Shown here piece by piece: positions 31,961 through 43,536 of a stretch of DNA of 64,000 nt; the first letter of the stretch is position 1; the number at the start of each line of letters is the position of its first letter. The stretch covers positions 480,001 to 544,000 of the forward strand of contig CM000433.1 in NCBI GenBank assembly GCA_000165345.1, written 5' to 3'. The notes under the pieces are model-generated. The model was not told where the DNA came from. It was given only the letters and a program-made list of their open reading frames with translations, and did no database searches. The position numbers and the translations under genes are program-made.

Positions 31961-33607
31961 ATGACAGGAAATGTAATAAATTTGGGAGATTATGTAGTTA
32001 TTAGGGAGATAACAGGTTCACAGAAACTTATCCAAATTAAGGATAGTTCTCAAAACTTTTATTTGGGAAAATATAGCATCAAAGGTTCAGATATAATAGG
32101 TAAAAACTACTATAGTACTTTAAGCTTAGAAGATGGAAAATGGGTAATTGGTTCAATTTTAAACAGTGAGGAAATATTAAAAGATATCTTGAGTATAGAT
32201 GCTAATGCCGAGAATAATCAAGTAGATGAAGAAAAAAGTATTAATAATATGCAAGAATTGAAAAAGAAAAGAACAAGATATAATCAGCTTTTAGGTAGAG
32301 AGGTTGAGGTAGATTCAGATGACTCCAATTCTGAAAAGGAATCAGGAGATGAACAAGATAAATTAGAAAAGGTAAAAAGAAAAAGAAATGAAATTTTATC
32401 ATTAAACAAGGCAAATGATAGTAACTTGATCAGATCTTTAGCATTATCAAGTAGTTCTTTTAAGAATAAGACAAACTTTTCTAAAGAAAAGTACATTAAG
32501 AAATTGCAATTAAGATATTTAAAACAAATTATATTACTGCCATCTACACTATTGAATATTATAGAAACTTCAAGCTGTCAACCAAAAATTAGATCTGATA
32601 AGCTAAGTCCAAATTCAGTTGGGCCAAGATGGGGTCAATGTACTGTTAGAATTGAAACAATAGGAAACATATTAACTCACGGTAACGTTTCATCTGGTAG
32701 TAAAGTACTTTTATATGATAATTTGAGTAATGGTGTAGTTGGAGGATCAATATATCGTCAGTTATGTAATATTGGAAGTTTATATGAAATATCAATGAAT
32801 AAATTAACTTTTGATACTTTTGAAGGGTACTTTCATGGAAAGCTTGCAATAAACTTTGAAGCAATAGTAAATGATCAAAAACCAAAAGTACACTATCATA
32901 CAATTCCAATGTCAGCATTAGAAATATTTTATAAGGAAATGGAAAAATTACCTGATGAATTTTATGATGAAAATCAAGGTTTTCTAACAGAAAAATTAGA
33001 TATAAAACATGAATGGCTTAATTATAAAATTAATACACATTCAAAAGGAGATCTGAATGACGAAAAATCCCAAAATAAAAAGAAAAGAGTTTACAATAGA
33101 ATTAATATGCTTGAAAACCTATATTCAGAAGGAGTAGATACAGTTATTCTAGTAATTGATCAAGTTAAATGGCAAACAACCGTGAACTTGCAAAATAATA
33201 GAAAACAAAATTCGATAGAAAACACTAAAAATGATAGCAATGATATCAACAATAACCATTCTAATCATATCCAAGATGATAATTCCGAGTCTAATCGTAT
33301 TATTGATGAGAAAACTATTTATTTCGATATAGAAAAGATGATACAAGTCACGCAAGAATATCTCAAGCCAGGAGGTAAGCTTCTCATTTTCACTCCTTTT
33401 ATGACAACAGAGCTACTCCAAATCCACCAAGATTTATCTCTCTCAACAAGAGTTGATAATTCGAAATTCCACCCTTTTATTGGTATTAAGCTTGAAGAAA
33501 CCTTTATTAGAGAGCATCAAATTATTGACCAAAGGACTCACCCCACAATGGATGCAAATCTACCAATTTTTTCAGGTTTTTTGCTCTCTGCAATTCATAT
33601 TTCATAG
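31961..33607 (+). CDS. TRM6: tRNA (m1A58) methyltransferase non-catalytic subunit TRM6/Gcd10
   Basis: ATG is at 31961. The N-terminal DYVVIREITGSQKLIQIKDSS...LGKYSIKGSDIIGKNY and central FKNKTNFSKEKYIKKLQLRYLKQIILLPSTLLNII match human TRMT6 FRDKTEFAQDKYIKKKKKKYEAIITVVKPSTRILSIMYY. Confidence 0.7.
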   Translation: MTGNVINLGDYVVIREITGSQKLIQIKDSSQNFYLGKYSIKGSDIIGKNYYSTLSLEDGKWVIGSILNSEEILKDILSIDANAENNQVDEEKSINNMQELKKKRTRYNQLLGREVEVDSDDSNSEKESGDEQDKLEKVKRKRNEILSLNKANDSNLIRSLALSSSSFKNKTNFSKEKYIKKLQLRYLKQIILLPSTLLNIIETSSCQPKIRSDKLSPNSVGPRWGQCTVRIETIGNILTHGNVSSGSKVLLYDNLSNGVVGGSIYRQLCNIGSLYEISMNKLTFDTFEGYFHGKLAINFEAIVNDQKPKVHYHTIPMSALEIFYKEMEKLPDEFYDENQGFLTEKLDIKHEWLNYKINTHSKGDLNDEKSQNKKKRVYNRINMLENLYSEGVDTVILVIDQVKWQTTVNLQNNRKQNSIENTKNDSNDINNNHSNHIQDDNSESNRIIDEKTIYFDIEKMIQVTQEYLKPGGKLLIFTPFMTTELLQIHQDLSLSTRVDNSKFHPFIGIKLEETFIREHQIIDQRTHPTMDANLPIFSGFLLSAIHIS

Positions 33608-34036
33608 TTTGTTTACACAATTTCTTGTATATACTTATTTTTTCTTTTTATTAACTTTAAAATTTATTTTATTTATAAGGAAAGGAATTGACACGTATGG
33701 CGGTAAAACCCTACCACTAATTGATAGATAAAGTGCATGCAAACATTGTCACCGGTAATATCAGTGGTGTGTTAGAGGCTTCCAGTGGATAAATATAATT
33801 AAATTACTTTTTTCATTTTATTTAATTAATAAATTTTTTTATTTTCTATTTTTTTGTGTTAGTCTTTTTACGAGTAATTAAACTTTGTAAATAAATAGAC
33901 AATAATTTTATGATTTATAAAGGAAAGAAAGAATCAATCAAACAATTGAAGTAAAGAGAGAAGTTCAAAGTGAATAAAGGAGGAGTAATTTTTTTATGGA
34001 TAAGGAAATAAGTCGATAAATTGTTCTTAGAAATAA

Positions 34037-37000
34037 ATGAATGAGCTAGATTCTTGGAACAGAAAATGGAGAACATTATGGTGTTGGACTCATATATATG
34101 TTCATTACAAAAGAGCTCAGATTTATACAAGAAATTTACCTGAGGAAGTAAAATATATATATTGGAATAGTAAGCATTCTCAGTTTGCTGAATTGATATG
34201 GAGAAATATATCAGAGTTACGAGGATGGTGGATTAAAGTGGGGCAGTTTTTGTCAACAAGAGGAGATTTACTTCCAAGAGAGTATGTGACATATTTGGGT
34301 AAATTACAAGATATAATGCCCTGTATGGAGTGGAATATTGTGGAAGGAATATTAAAGGAGGAATTAGGTAAGGATATTGAAAAAGTGTTTAAAGAGATAC
34401 AAGAAAAGCCAATTGCAGCAGCATCAATATCTCAAGTACATAAAGCAGTATTGAGTGAAGGAGAGAAAAAAGTAGTGATTAAAATACAGTATCCAAATAT
34501 TCAAGAGACTCTTAATCATGATATGAAGAATTTGGAACAATTAACATGGGCTTTTGGTCTGTTAGAAGATTATTCTGATTCTATTCATATTCTAAATGAA
34601 TGGAAAAGCTCTGCGTATTCAGAACTTGATTTTAAGAATGAGCTAAAGAATCAAAAGAGAGCATATGAGATGTTTGAGGATTCAGGGATAGAAATAATTA
34701 TTCCTAAAGTTTATACAGAATATACAACTGAAAAGATATTAACAATGGAATATATTAAAGGTTTTAATATATTAAATAAAATGCTATTAAAAGAAAATAG
34801 AGTTAATAAAAGGGAATTATTGGAAATATTATGTGATTCCTTTGCTTATCAGATTCATATTCATGGTTTTTTTCATGGTGATCCTCAGCCAAGTAATATT
34901 TTAGTGGTTTATGATGAACTAAAGAGAAAATACATTCCAGCAATTTTGGATTGGGGAATGGTTAAGATTTTTGATAAAAGTAAACAAATTGCATTTTCAA
35001 AGTAAGTTTTCTTAAAAATTGTTATTATTATTTCTTAATTTACTATTTAAAGAATGGTATATAGTATTTCAACATTAAATTTGATGGGATTTATAGAATC
35101 ATTTGAAGAAATGGGATTTAAATTCAAAAATGATCATAGAAATTCTATAGATCCTGAAATGTATATGGATGCTTTGAGAATAGTTTTTAAAGAAATTGAA
35201 ATAGATAAAATAGATCAAAGTTCAATAAGGGTAAGTTGAGAGATTATAAATGTTATGTTTCTTTATTAAAACATAAAGAAACATAAACAGGAAAGAGGTA
35301 ATTATTAATTCATTCAATAGGAGTCAGGATATGCAGCGTATAAAACAGCAACGGAACTTTCATATATGAAAAGTGGACAAATTAATGATTTAAATCTAAT
35401 GGATTACTGGCCAAATGATATAATATATTTTGTAAGGATTTTATCGTTATTACGTGGTATATGTGCTGAATTGAATGAGAGTATACCGATTTTGAAAATA
35501 TTATCCAGAAGAGCACAACAATTCTTATATTTAGAGTCAATTAATTTAGAATTAAATAAACAACAGTTATTAAAAAGAAGATTTACAAATAAATTTGAAA
35601 GGAGATTAAGCGATTACATTGAAAAAATAATGAATGAAAATAATGTATTGGGATTACAAATAGCTGTTATAAAGAATGGAAAGAATTTAGTAAATATTTC
35701 AAAAGGTATTAAGGGAGAATTAAATGGAAATCAGATTGATGAAAATACATTATTTAATGGCTTCTTTATCAATCTTGGAATTTTGGTAATTGCAATATTA
35801 ATATGTGTGGAAAAGGGTTATATATCTCTGGATGATCCAATTTGTCATTATTGGGATGGTTTTATAAGATATGGAAAGAGGAACATAACATTAAGGCATG
35901 TTCTTAATCATAGATCTGGTGTAATATCGTTTTTTCCAGAGGATATGGGTTTAAAAGAATTGTTAAATTATGAAAAGATGGTCCGAATAATTGAAGATTC
36001 TGCTCCACAGGTTCCAATAAATCAAATTACACGATATAATCCTTATTTTTTAGGTTGGATATTATCGGAATTGATAGCATTATTAACAAATCAATCAACA
36101 GCAAAGTTTATAGAGGAAAATATAATAAACCCATTTAATTTATCTGATGGTATAAAGATGTATTTACCTGAGTATAGCTTGAATAATGACCAAGTAAGTA
36201 TTTATCAATCTGAAAAGTATGATGAAACAAATATTGGGACTAATAATAATAATAATAAGTTCTTATTTCCTCTATTTTCCCCACGTTCTTCATCATCATT
36301 TTTTGCTCAAGAAGAATTTTCTTCAAGTATAATGAGATTATCAAATATTAAAAGTAAATTAGAAAATAGTAATGGTACTCAATTGATGAATGAAATAAAA
36401 GATATAATAATTCAAAAGTTAACCCCAAAAAGAATAAATAAGGAAGAAAAAGAAAAGGAAAAAGAGAAGGAAAAAAATATTAATGATTATAATGAAGAAG
36501 ATAATAATGATGAGAATGCTAATATGATTGATTTTTATGAAAGATGTGCATTGGTAAATAGAAAAATGAAGTTTTCTTCAATATCTTTTAAACAAGTACT
36601 TGAAAAACTTAAATCATCTGACTTATATAAATTAAAAAATTATGGTTATCAAGATTTTAACAAAACAAAAATCAATTTTAAATTATCAACCTTGGAGTAT
36701 TTTTTTTTAAAACCACATATATTAGATCCCTTAATATATAATTCAAAAAAATTAATAAATAAATGGATACCACCTACAAATGGAAGATATACATCTTTAT
36801 CATTAGCAAAATTATATGACCACTTAATTAGAGGAGAGATTATAGGAGATGAATTATTAAAACAAGTTATTAAAAATGAATCAATTACTTTTGATAATTC
36901 TATCGAAGGATTAATATTAACATATGGAGGTCCTAGAAAATGGTCTCTTGGGTTTCAAATTTTAGAATGTAAAAAACTTTATTATCATCAAAATAATCAA

Positions 37001-37210
37001 AAAGATGATGATCAACCTTGTTTTAAAGGAATCGGTCAATTTGATACTGGTGGTAATTTATCATTTTGTTTTCCAGAAATTGATTTATCTATTGCCATTC
37101 TAACAAATGATTATGTTAAAGGATCTTATATATCACAATCAATATTACGTTACATATTAGAAAACTTTGGATTATATCTGAACAATTACGTTCCATTACA
37201 TTTTTCTTAG
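34037..37210 (+). CDS. ABC1/ADCK (UbiB-family) atypical kinase fused to a C-terminal beta-lactamase-like domain. Three exons: 34037..35001, 35053..35230, 35321..37210.
   Basis: Three consecutive ORF-track fragments join in frame through GTAAGT donors at 35002 and 35231 and AG acceptors at 35051-52 (tttaaag|) and 35319-20 (tcaatag|). ABC1 motifs are WWIKVGQFLSTRGDLLP, AAASISQVHKAVL, VVIKIQYPNI and HGFFHGDPQPSNILV. Downstream are LGLQIAVIKNG...HVLNHRSGV, which resemble beta-lactamase/serine-hydrolase motifs. Confidence 0.8.
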
Positions 37211-37541
37211 TTATTTTATTACATATAATATCGCATGCATGCATACGATACCTATTAGGTAACTAGGCGGGAAGATCCACGTAATTCACTGATAAAGAAA
37301 TAAAGAAAATTCGCAATTAAGTTTGAGAAACATGAGATATAGATAAATTATAAGAGCACTAAGAAGCAGTATTATTATTATTTATTATAATGATGTAGTA
37401 AATTGTTGGGAAATAACTATTATTGTTTTAAAAACCATCATTCATTGTCTTATCTAATGTTTCTGAAACAAAAGATATAATTATTTTTGTTAATCTTTCT
37501 CCTTCATTTCTTGCTTTTCTCTTATACTCCCTATTTTGGTT

Positions 37542-40500
37542 TCAGGGGACTGCTCTATGGGGCGCGATTGGTGGGTTGGAGATTCCTCCATCGAGTTTAC
37601 AAAGGTTAGGGGAAGTCTTAGTTAAATTGTCTCCGCATATATTGTTGTCATTATTAGAGTTGTTACTGTTCTCCGTTCTATTTCCGCTGTGATCAGAATT
37701 ATCGATACTTGATTGGGTAAGTCTTCTATTAGGGGAATTTGTTTCAATGGTGGATGATGAGATTGAGATCCCTGGACAAGTAATGGTAGAGGGGGAAAAG
37801 TGATGGATTAATTTCCCTTTGAGATCATCCTCCATCTTCGTCAAAAAATTTGGTTCTTTTGATGGAGTTAGATAGCTACCATTTAAATTACTAATATTAG
37901 GGAGAGTTAGATTATTTTGTTGGTTGGTATCAATTACTTTGGTGGGAAATGCTATAGGAGGGAGCAAAGGTGAAGAAACTGTAGTTGTGGATGCGGTTGT
38001 GGTACTAGAATTAAGGCCAGTAGTAGCAGTAGTAGTGTTAGTAGTAATAGCAGTAGTAGCATTAGTAGAATTAGCAATGACTGTAGCGATATCATTAGTA
38101 GTAACAGTGGAAGCAGCAATATCTGGCACATTGTTGGTAGTGTTGATCATGCAAGTGGTAGAGGATGAGGAGTTATCATCAGTTCCTGTACAGGTCTTGA
38201 TAGCCTGTACGTTTTGTTGTGATTTCTGAATTAGATCTAAATACAGCTTATTGATATCAGCTCCTCTAATCATCTTTGAATCACATAAGAACTCATCTTT
38301 TGTGGAAACAAGCCTAAATAGCTCTCCTTGCTTCTTAAGCTCCTTCCTTAAGCTTTCCCTTGTGCTTGGGCCAATTCCTGTTTTGGCTTTCTTTCTATCC
38401 ATGTTACATGGTAAATCCATCCAAAAGGAAAGTTTCTCTTTTGCAACCATTTTAAGTCCTTCTCCTCCACAAATGCTGGACAATATATCCGGAACAAGTT
38501 TTGAGAGATGCATCTCTTGCTGCATAGATCCATCTTCTCCTTTATTATTATTATTATTCTCATTGTTACAATCGGCATTGCTACTTTTAACTCTTCTAGA
38601 TCTGAGTCCTTGAGAAATGCTTCCTCCTTCCTGTTGATTTCCTTGTAATCCTCCTCCCTCTCCTCCTTTATAATGATGGTTTTGCGAACCACTACCACTA
38701 TTGTTAGAATAATAATATTCAGAATAGTCTCCTGTAGAAGATGATCCATCCAAAGGTGGTTGTGGAAGGAAAGCAAATTTCCCAGAAAATGCTGGGACAT
38801 AATCCTTAACTAAATGAGGTACAGTCTCCACACTAAAATGAAGATTCTCAATTCTGCTTAATTCTGAAGGGGAAATAATCATTTGGGAGCCATTAATACG
38901 ATTACTTCCGCCATATCTTCCGTAGGTACTACCAGTAATGTTTGTAGAGGAGGTAATAGCATTACCATTACTTTTTATCATACTAGAAACTGTGTGGTCA
39001 CTAAGATCCATCATTCCTTCGCTGCCTATAGAAATCCCTCCCTGTTCTGATTTTGTATTGATGCCGGTACTATCTTGTCCGCCTCCCTTAGAAGATATAG
39101 AATTCAGATTTGAGTTTTGGGTACCCTTTATAGCTTGTTCACTTTCAATAATTGAAAGTAAATTAGAAGCTTGGAATCTACCTGAACTCCTCGATGCTCC
39201 TGTTCCTCTACCTGCAGCTCTCCTACTCATTCTCCTCCCTACAGAACTTTGAGCTGTTGTACCAGAACCAACTATTGATGAAGAGGATGAAAGAGCTGAA
39301 ATTGTAGCCTTTCCCTCCAAATCATCAATCAACATTTCTCCATTTCCTGAACCATTTATTAATCTAGATGAATTATTGCCCATTCGAATATTATTAGATC
39401 CACCTAGCCCAGAAATCAAATCCATAGCATGACTACCACTACTTCCATGGCCATCTAATAGGCTCTCTGACCCTCTTCTAGAGGAAGCTAACTCCTCTGG
39501 AGTCTGTTGTTTACTTACTTTAACTCCTCGAATTGCTGAAGCACTTAAACCTAAAACCGCGCGCAACTCGTCTCCTATCAATGAGTGATGGTGAGTACTA
39601 TGTAGTTGTTGCTGTTGTTGCTGCTGCTGTTGAAAATGCTGTTGCTGCTGCAGTTGTTGTAAGTCTCCAATTCCTCCCCCTTGTCTTGCACCTACTCCTA
39701 CTGTCCCACAACCACCAACTATAGGAATGCAGCCAGGGGCTGGGATAGCAACAGGAACAGATACTGAGTTAGAAGCAGAAGCTGCCATAGACTGTAATGA
39801 CTGTTGTAGCTGGATCTGTTGTAACTGAAGTTGTTGCTGAAGATGATGTAGTACCGGCTGAAAACCTGGATGCAACCCGCCCGCCCGCTGCATTTGAGCG
39901 CCAATGTGGGGAAATGATTGCATGTGATGCATTCCTTGAATGGGCGCCAAATTTTGAAGAGCGTGGAGTTGCTGAAGATGGGGATGATTATGAAGCTGTT
40001 GTTGTTGCTGTTGCTGCTGTTGTTGCTGCTGCTGCTGTTGTTGCTGTTGTTGTTGTTGCTGCTGCTGCTGTTGTTGTTGCTGTTGTTGTTGCTGTTGCTG
40101 TTGTTGTTGCTGCTGTTGGGTTAGATAAGCTGCAGCCAAAGCCCATTCTTTCATCTGTAACTGTCTTTGTAACATCTGTTGTTGTTGAGCGAATGCGAGC
40201 ATTTGAAGATGTTGGTACATTTGTTGTTGTTGTTGCTGCTGCTGTTGTTGCTGCTGTTGCTGTTGTTGCTGTTGTTGAACCTCCTCAAACTTTTCTTGCT
40301 GTTGTTGAGACACCAGATTTTCTTGCTGATCCTGGAGCTCTATTTTGCTGGAGGTATTCTCTTCACCCATCATTTTGGAATCAATTTCCATCCCTTTCAT
40401 ACCACAATCTTCTTTGTCAATTAACTCATCGGCGCTCGTCGCTTTTTGTGCTGAAATATTCTCAGTTTCTACTATAGGCCTTACCTCGGCTTTTGGTTCA

Positions 40501-41456
40501 TGCTCTTCAAGCGCAACACATAACTGAGATTTAGAATCCGTTGTTTCCGTTGACTGAGGTGGTTGACTTATTATGTCTAAGAAATTAGCAGCATTATTAG
40601 GAGGATTAGAGTTTAATGCGTAAGAGTTGTTCGCATTCTGGAGATTCTGGATTTGTCTTTGAACCTGGAGTAGTTGTTCTTGGCTTATTTGTTGTTTATT
40701 TGATTGGCTCTGGGGAAGAGAAGGTACTGAAGGATTTAAGCCTTGAAACTGGTGGTTACCAACAACTTTGGGAAGTATTGGGATTAGTCCTAAAGGAGTA
40801 AGCGCCAGTGTTGGTTGAGGAGGAACAGTCTGTGCTGAAGTAGATAGATCTTCATTGGAGCCCAGTATTTGAAACTGGCCATTCAGTTGAACTTGTGAAA
40901 GAGCTGGTTCTGTTATTCCCGCATTTCCTCCTCCTCCTCTTCCATCTCCAGCGATTGTATTTGTTGCATTTGGATGTAATTGATTACGATTCTTATTAAT
41001 CTCATGAAGAATCATCTGTGCTGCAGCAGCTTTTAATGAGTTCGATGGTTTGGTTCCATCTTCTTCTCCAAGTTCAATTTTCTGACCCTGTTGACTACCA
41101 TTATTAGGAAAATTACCATACATAAAAGGAAAAGAAGGATGGCTCCCTCCTCCCATTGCAATTTGTTGGGCCAAGAATTGATTGGCTGCTGTAACTGCAT
41201 TCATCTGAGAATGTGGACCTTGGATAGAAATACCTCCATTTTGTCCTAATAATCCTCCTCCTGCAACCAAAGGTAGACCATTTTGGAATCCTAAAGAAGC
41301 TGATGACGCATTTAAGCATGTAACACCTCCTCCAACTCCACCATTATTACTATTACTACTATTATTACCAATATTATTGTTACTATTATTCACATTACCT
41401 ATGCATGCTCCAATCATAGGATTCAAACCTTGTATTCCAATGTTAGAGTTCTCCAT
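37542..41456 (-). CDS. large poly-Q/N/S/G-rich low-complexity protein (1304 aa), a likely nuclear regulator
   Basis: The start is ATG (cat at 41454-41456). It has several Q runs of 20-46 residues, plus N-, S-, T- and G-rich tracts. A short conserved-looking basic segment is DRKKAKTGIGPSTRESLRKELKKQGELFRLV. I recognise no catalytic domain. Confidence 0.55.
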   Translation of the reverse strand: MENSNIGIQGLNPMIGACIGNVNNSNNNIGNNSSNSNNGGVGGGVTCLNASSASLGFQNGLPLVAGGGLLGQNGGISIQGPHSQMNAVTAANQFLAQQIAMGGGSHPSFPFMYGNFPNNGSQQGQKIELGEEDGTKPSNSLKAAAAQMILHEINKNRNQLHPNATNTIAGDGRGGGGNAGITEPALSQVQLNGQFQILGSNEDLSTSAQTVPPQPTLALTPLGLIPILPKVVGNHQFQGLNPSVPSLPQSQSNKQQISQEQLLQVQRQIQNLQNANNSYALNSNPPNNAANFLDIISQPPQSTETTDSKSQLCVALEEHEPKAEVRPIVETENISAQKATSADELIDKEDCGMKGMEIDSKMMGEENTSSKIELQDQQENLVSQQQQEKFEEVQQQQQQQQQQQQQQQQQQQMYQHLQMLAFAQQQQMLQRQLQMKEWALAAAYLTQQQQQQQQQQQQQQQQQQQQQQQQQQQQQQQQQQQQQQQQQLHNHPHLQQLHALQNLAPIQGMHHMQSFPHIGAQMQRAGGLHPGFQPVLHHLQQQLQLQQIQLQQSLQSMAASASNSVSVPVAIPAPGCIPIVGGCGTVGVGARQGGGIGDLQQLQQQQHFQQQQQQQQQLHSTHHHSLIGDELRAVLGLSASAIRGVKVSKQQTPEELASSRRGSESLLDGHGSSGSHAMDLISGLGGSNNIRMGNNSSRLINGSGNGEMLIDDLEGKATISALSSSSSIVGSGTTAQSSVGRRMSRRAAGRGTGASRSSGRFQASNLLSIIESEQAIKGTQNSNLNSISSKGGGQDSTGINTKSEQGGISIGSEGMMDLSDHTVSSMIKSNGNAITSSTNITGSTYGRYGGSNRINGSQMIISPSELSRIENLHFSVETVPHLVKDYVPAFSGKFAFLPQPPLDGSSSTGDYSEYYYSNNSGSGSQNHHYKGGEGGGLQGNQQEGGSISQGLRSRRVKSSNADCNNENNNNNKGEDGSMQQEMHLSKLVPDILSSICGGEGLKMVAKEKLSFWMDLPCNMDRKKAKTGIGPSTRESLRKELKKQGELFRLVSTKDEFLCDSKMIRGADINKLYLDLIQKSQQNVQAIKTCTGTDDNSSSSTTCMINTTNNVPDIAASTVTTNDIATVIANSTNATTAITTNTTTATTGLNSSTTTASTTTVSSPLLPPIAFPTKVIDTNQQNNLTLPNISNLNGSYLTPSKEPNFLTKMEDDLKGKLIHHFSPSTITCPGISISSSTIETNSPNRRLTQSSIDNSDHSGNRTENSNNSNNDNNICGDNLTKTSPNLCKLDGGISNPPIAPHRAVP
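39996..40127 (-). repeat. (CAG/CAA)n poly-Q microsatellite. Further tracts lie at 40220-40278 and 39601-39660.
   Basis: The plus strand reads as (CTG/TTG)n. It encodes Q runs of about 40+ residues within the 37542..41456 CDS. Confidence 0.85.
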
Positions 41457-42500
41457 ATCTCTGACTTGTTATATTTATGTGATCACTTTTATATTAAACT
41501 AAGTATTTATCTATTAAGGTCTTTAAATTACTTGAATGATCAATCAATTTTAGTACTATAATTTACCTTTCTCATATAGAAAGGAAGAAAAATTCACTCT
41601 CTCCTTGCTGATATATAATATATATATTATATATATCTTTTCAATAACTTGATTATTCCAATTTCCATATAAATGTTCATACACGTATTAATATATTATA
41701 TTATATATAAGCAAAAATATACATACATTATATCTTTTACATATTCATCAAATATATTTTTATAAATATATATATCTTGTTATTGCTCTTGAATGTAACC
41801 TTATTATTATTATTATTATTATTGTTTAACAAAAAAAATACAATCAAACTTTTCTTTCTAAGTCTGGAATTTAATCTTCCCTCTAGTTACATTCTCAATT
41901 ATCACGATTTGAACAAATTCTTAACCAAAAATATAGTCTGCTTTGTCAACCAATACTTGCTTTTCCCTCACACAAACCAATAAACACGATTTAATTTAAA
42001 CTTGAGATATATGTAAATTCTGCTTTTTACGTATTAATTGTACTTTAATATAACTTTAAGACCTGTACCAATACGTATTTTTGCTTTTTATTTGATATAA
42101 TAATGTATTTTCTCCTCACTATAATATTAATTGTTGTGTTTTACTGCCATTACCAATTTTGATTTTATAATCTTTTGCAGTTAAAAATTTGGAGCCTATT
42201 AAAATTAACTTTCAGTCTGAATTATTACTATTATTAAATACATAAATTTGACTTTTTAAATTCAATATACCCAATTATTAATTATTTACTTACGTATACT
42301 TTTTTAAGTGTGACCTTTAAATTAACTTATATATATTATTTAAATATGTAAATATTATTATTTATATAATATATATGTATCATATTACTCTTTTCCGCCA
42401 ATACCTTATTTCTATCTCTTTTTTATTTATTAACTTATTTGCACAATATGTGCAAAACCTTTTTTTTTCTTTCCCCTATTTCCCACCCCCTTCCTCACAT

Positions 42501-42511
42501 TAGGCGGGAAT
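42501..42511. promoter_or_regulatory. E2F-like G-box TAGGCGGGAAT in the 2-kb divergent intergenic region (poly-Q gene / prefoldin)
   Basis: GGCGGGAA core. A second GGCGCGC box lies at 43122-43128. Confidence 0.4.
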
Positions 42512-43536
42512 CTCATTAGTACCGGCGCTATACAAATATTGCAGTGTCTTTATCAAAATTTGAGCGCTTTTATTGGCGTGGGGAATTAATTTAAGAATAA
42601 ATTTTTAGTTATATTTTATAATATTTGGCTGATTTTATATTAATATTTTATGTATTTTAAAAGAATTGGGATGATTAATAAGAAAAGGAATATCTATTAT
42701 TGTGATAGTTGCGGTAAAAGTATATGTATACTTGGTACTGATAACTTGTGATACTAGAAATTGATCCACTTTGTTATTGTAAGTCTCTTTTCATTGTGTA
42801 GAGTTCCCATTTTTATTCTTAAATTGTTTCACACTCTATTCTTCAATTATTTTCAGCTTACCCACTTATTATCTTCTTCTTATTAGACGCCATTGCCATA
42901 ATTAAACTCTCCCTCAGATGTCACAATATGACACGTGGTAAGCTTTAGTATTCTAATAAGGTTAAATTTGGACGGCAATTCACTTTATATAAAATTGATT
43001 CCATTTTTAAATATAACTCACTTTGTGTTTAGAGTATAACCATAGTTTAATTTTATTGTTACTATATTTTTTTGTTGGATTTTTTTTTTTTCCTTTCCTC
43101 CTTTATTAAACTTTATTCACAGGCGCGCTTCTTGTCTCCACCAAGAAACTAGAAGAAAAGGAAGGAAAAAGAAAACAAAGAATAAGTCTTAATCTTACAA
43201 TATTAAGTGGTTAAATAAATTAGTAAAAGAATTTCTTATCATTCTTAATGCCATATTTCTTTAAATAATCATATCCAAGTGATAATCTGAAAAAAAAAAA
43301 CCAATTAAAGAGAAGATTTAATAAAGTATATTTATATTGAAGAAATAATATATAAATATATCATATATTTCATCAACAATATAATTTATTCAACCACGAA
43401 TTACTTGGAATTGTATTGAAATTCATTTTTTATTTTTCTTTAATTAAACCAAAGATTTAACTCCAGCCCTGATATAAACTGAATATTTTTATTTATTAAT
43501 CATTTAAAAATTTGATATAGGTATTCTCTGTAAATC

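Noticed and set aside
33700-33800. Locally GC-richer segment (cacgtatggcggtaaaaccctaccactaattg...) that might be a small structured RNA
   Set aside because: I could fold no convincing conserved snRNA, snoRNA or tRNA structure by eye. It contains a GCATGC box and is more simply the promoter of the ABC1 kinase gene.
37924-40527. Many + strand ORFs (37924-38229, 38251-38613, 39797-40477, 39918-40124, 40179-40424 and others), including poly-L and poly-A/V products
   Set aside because: They are antisense to the poly-Q/N/S gene. CTG/TTG repeats read as poly-L, and there is no start context.
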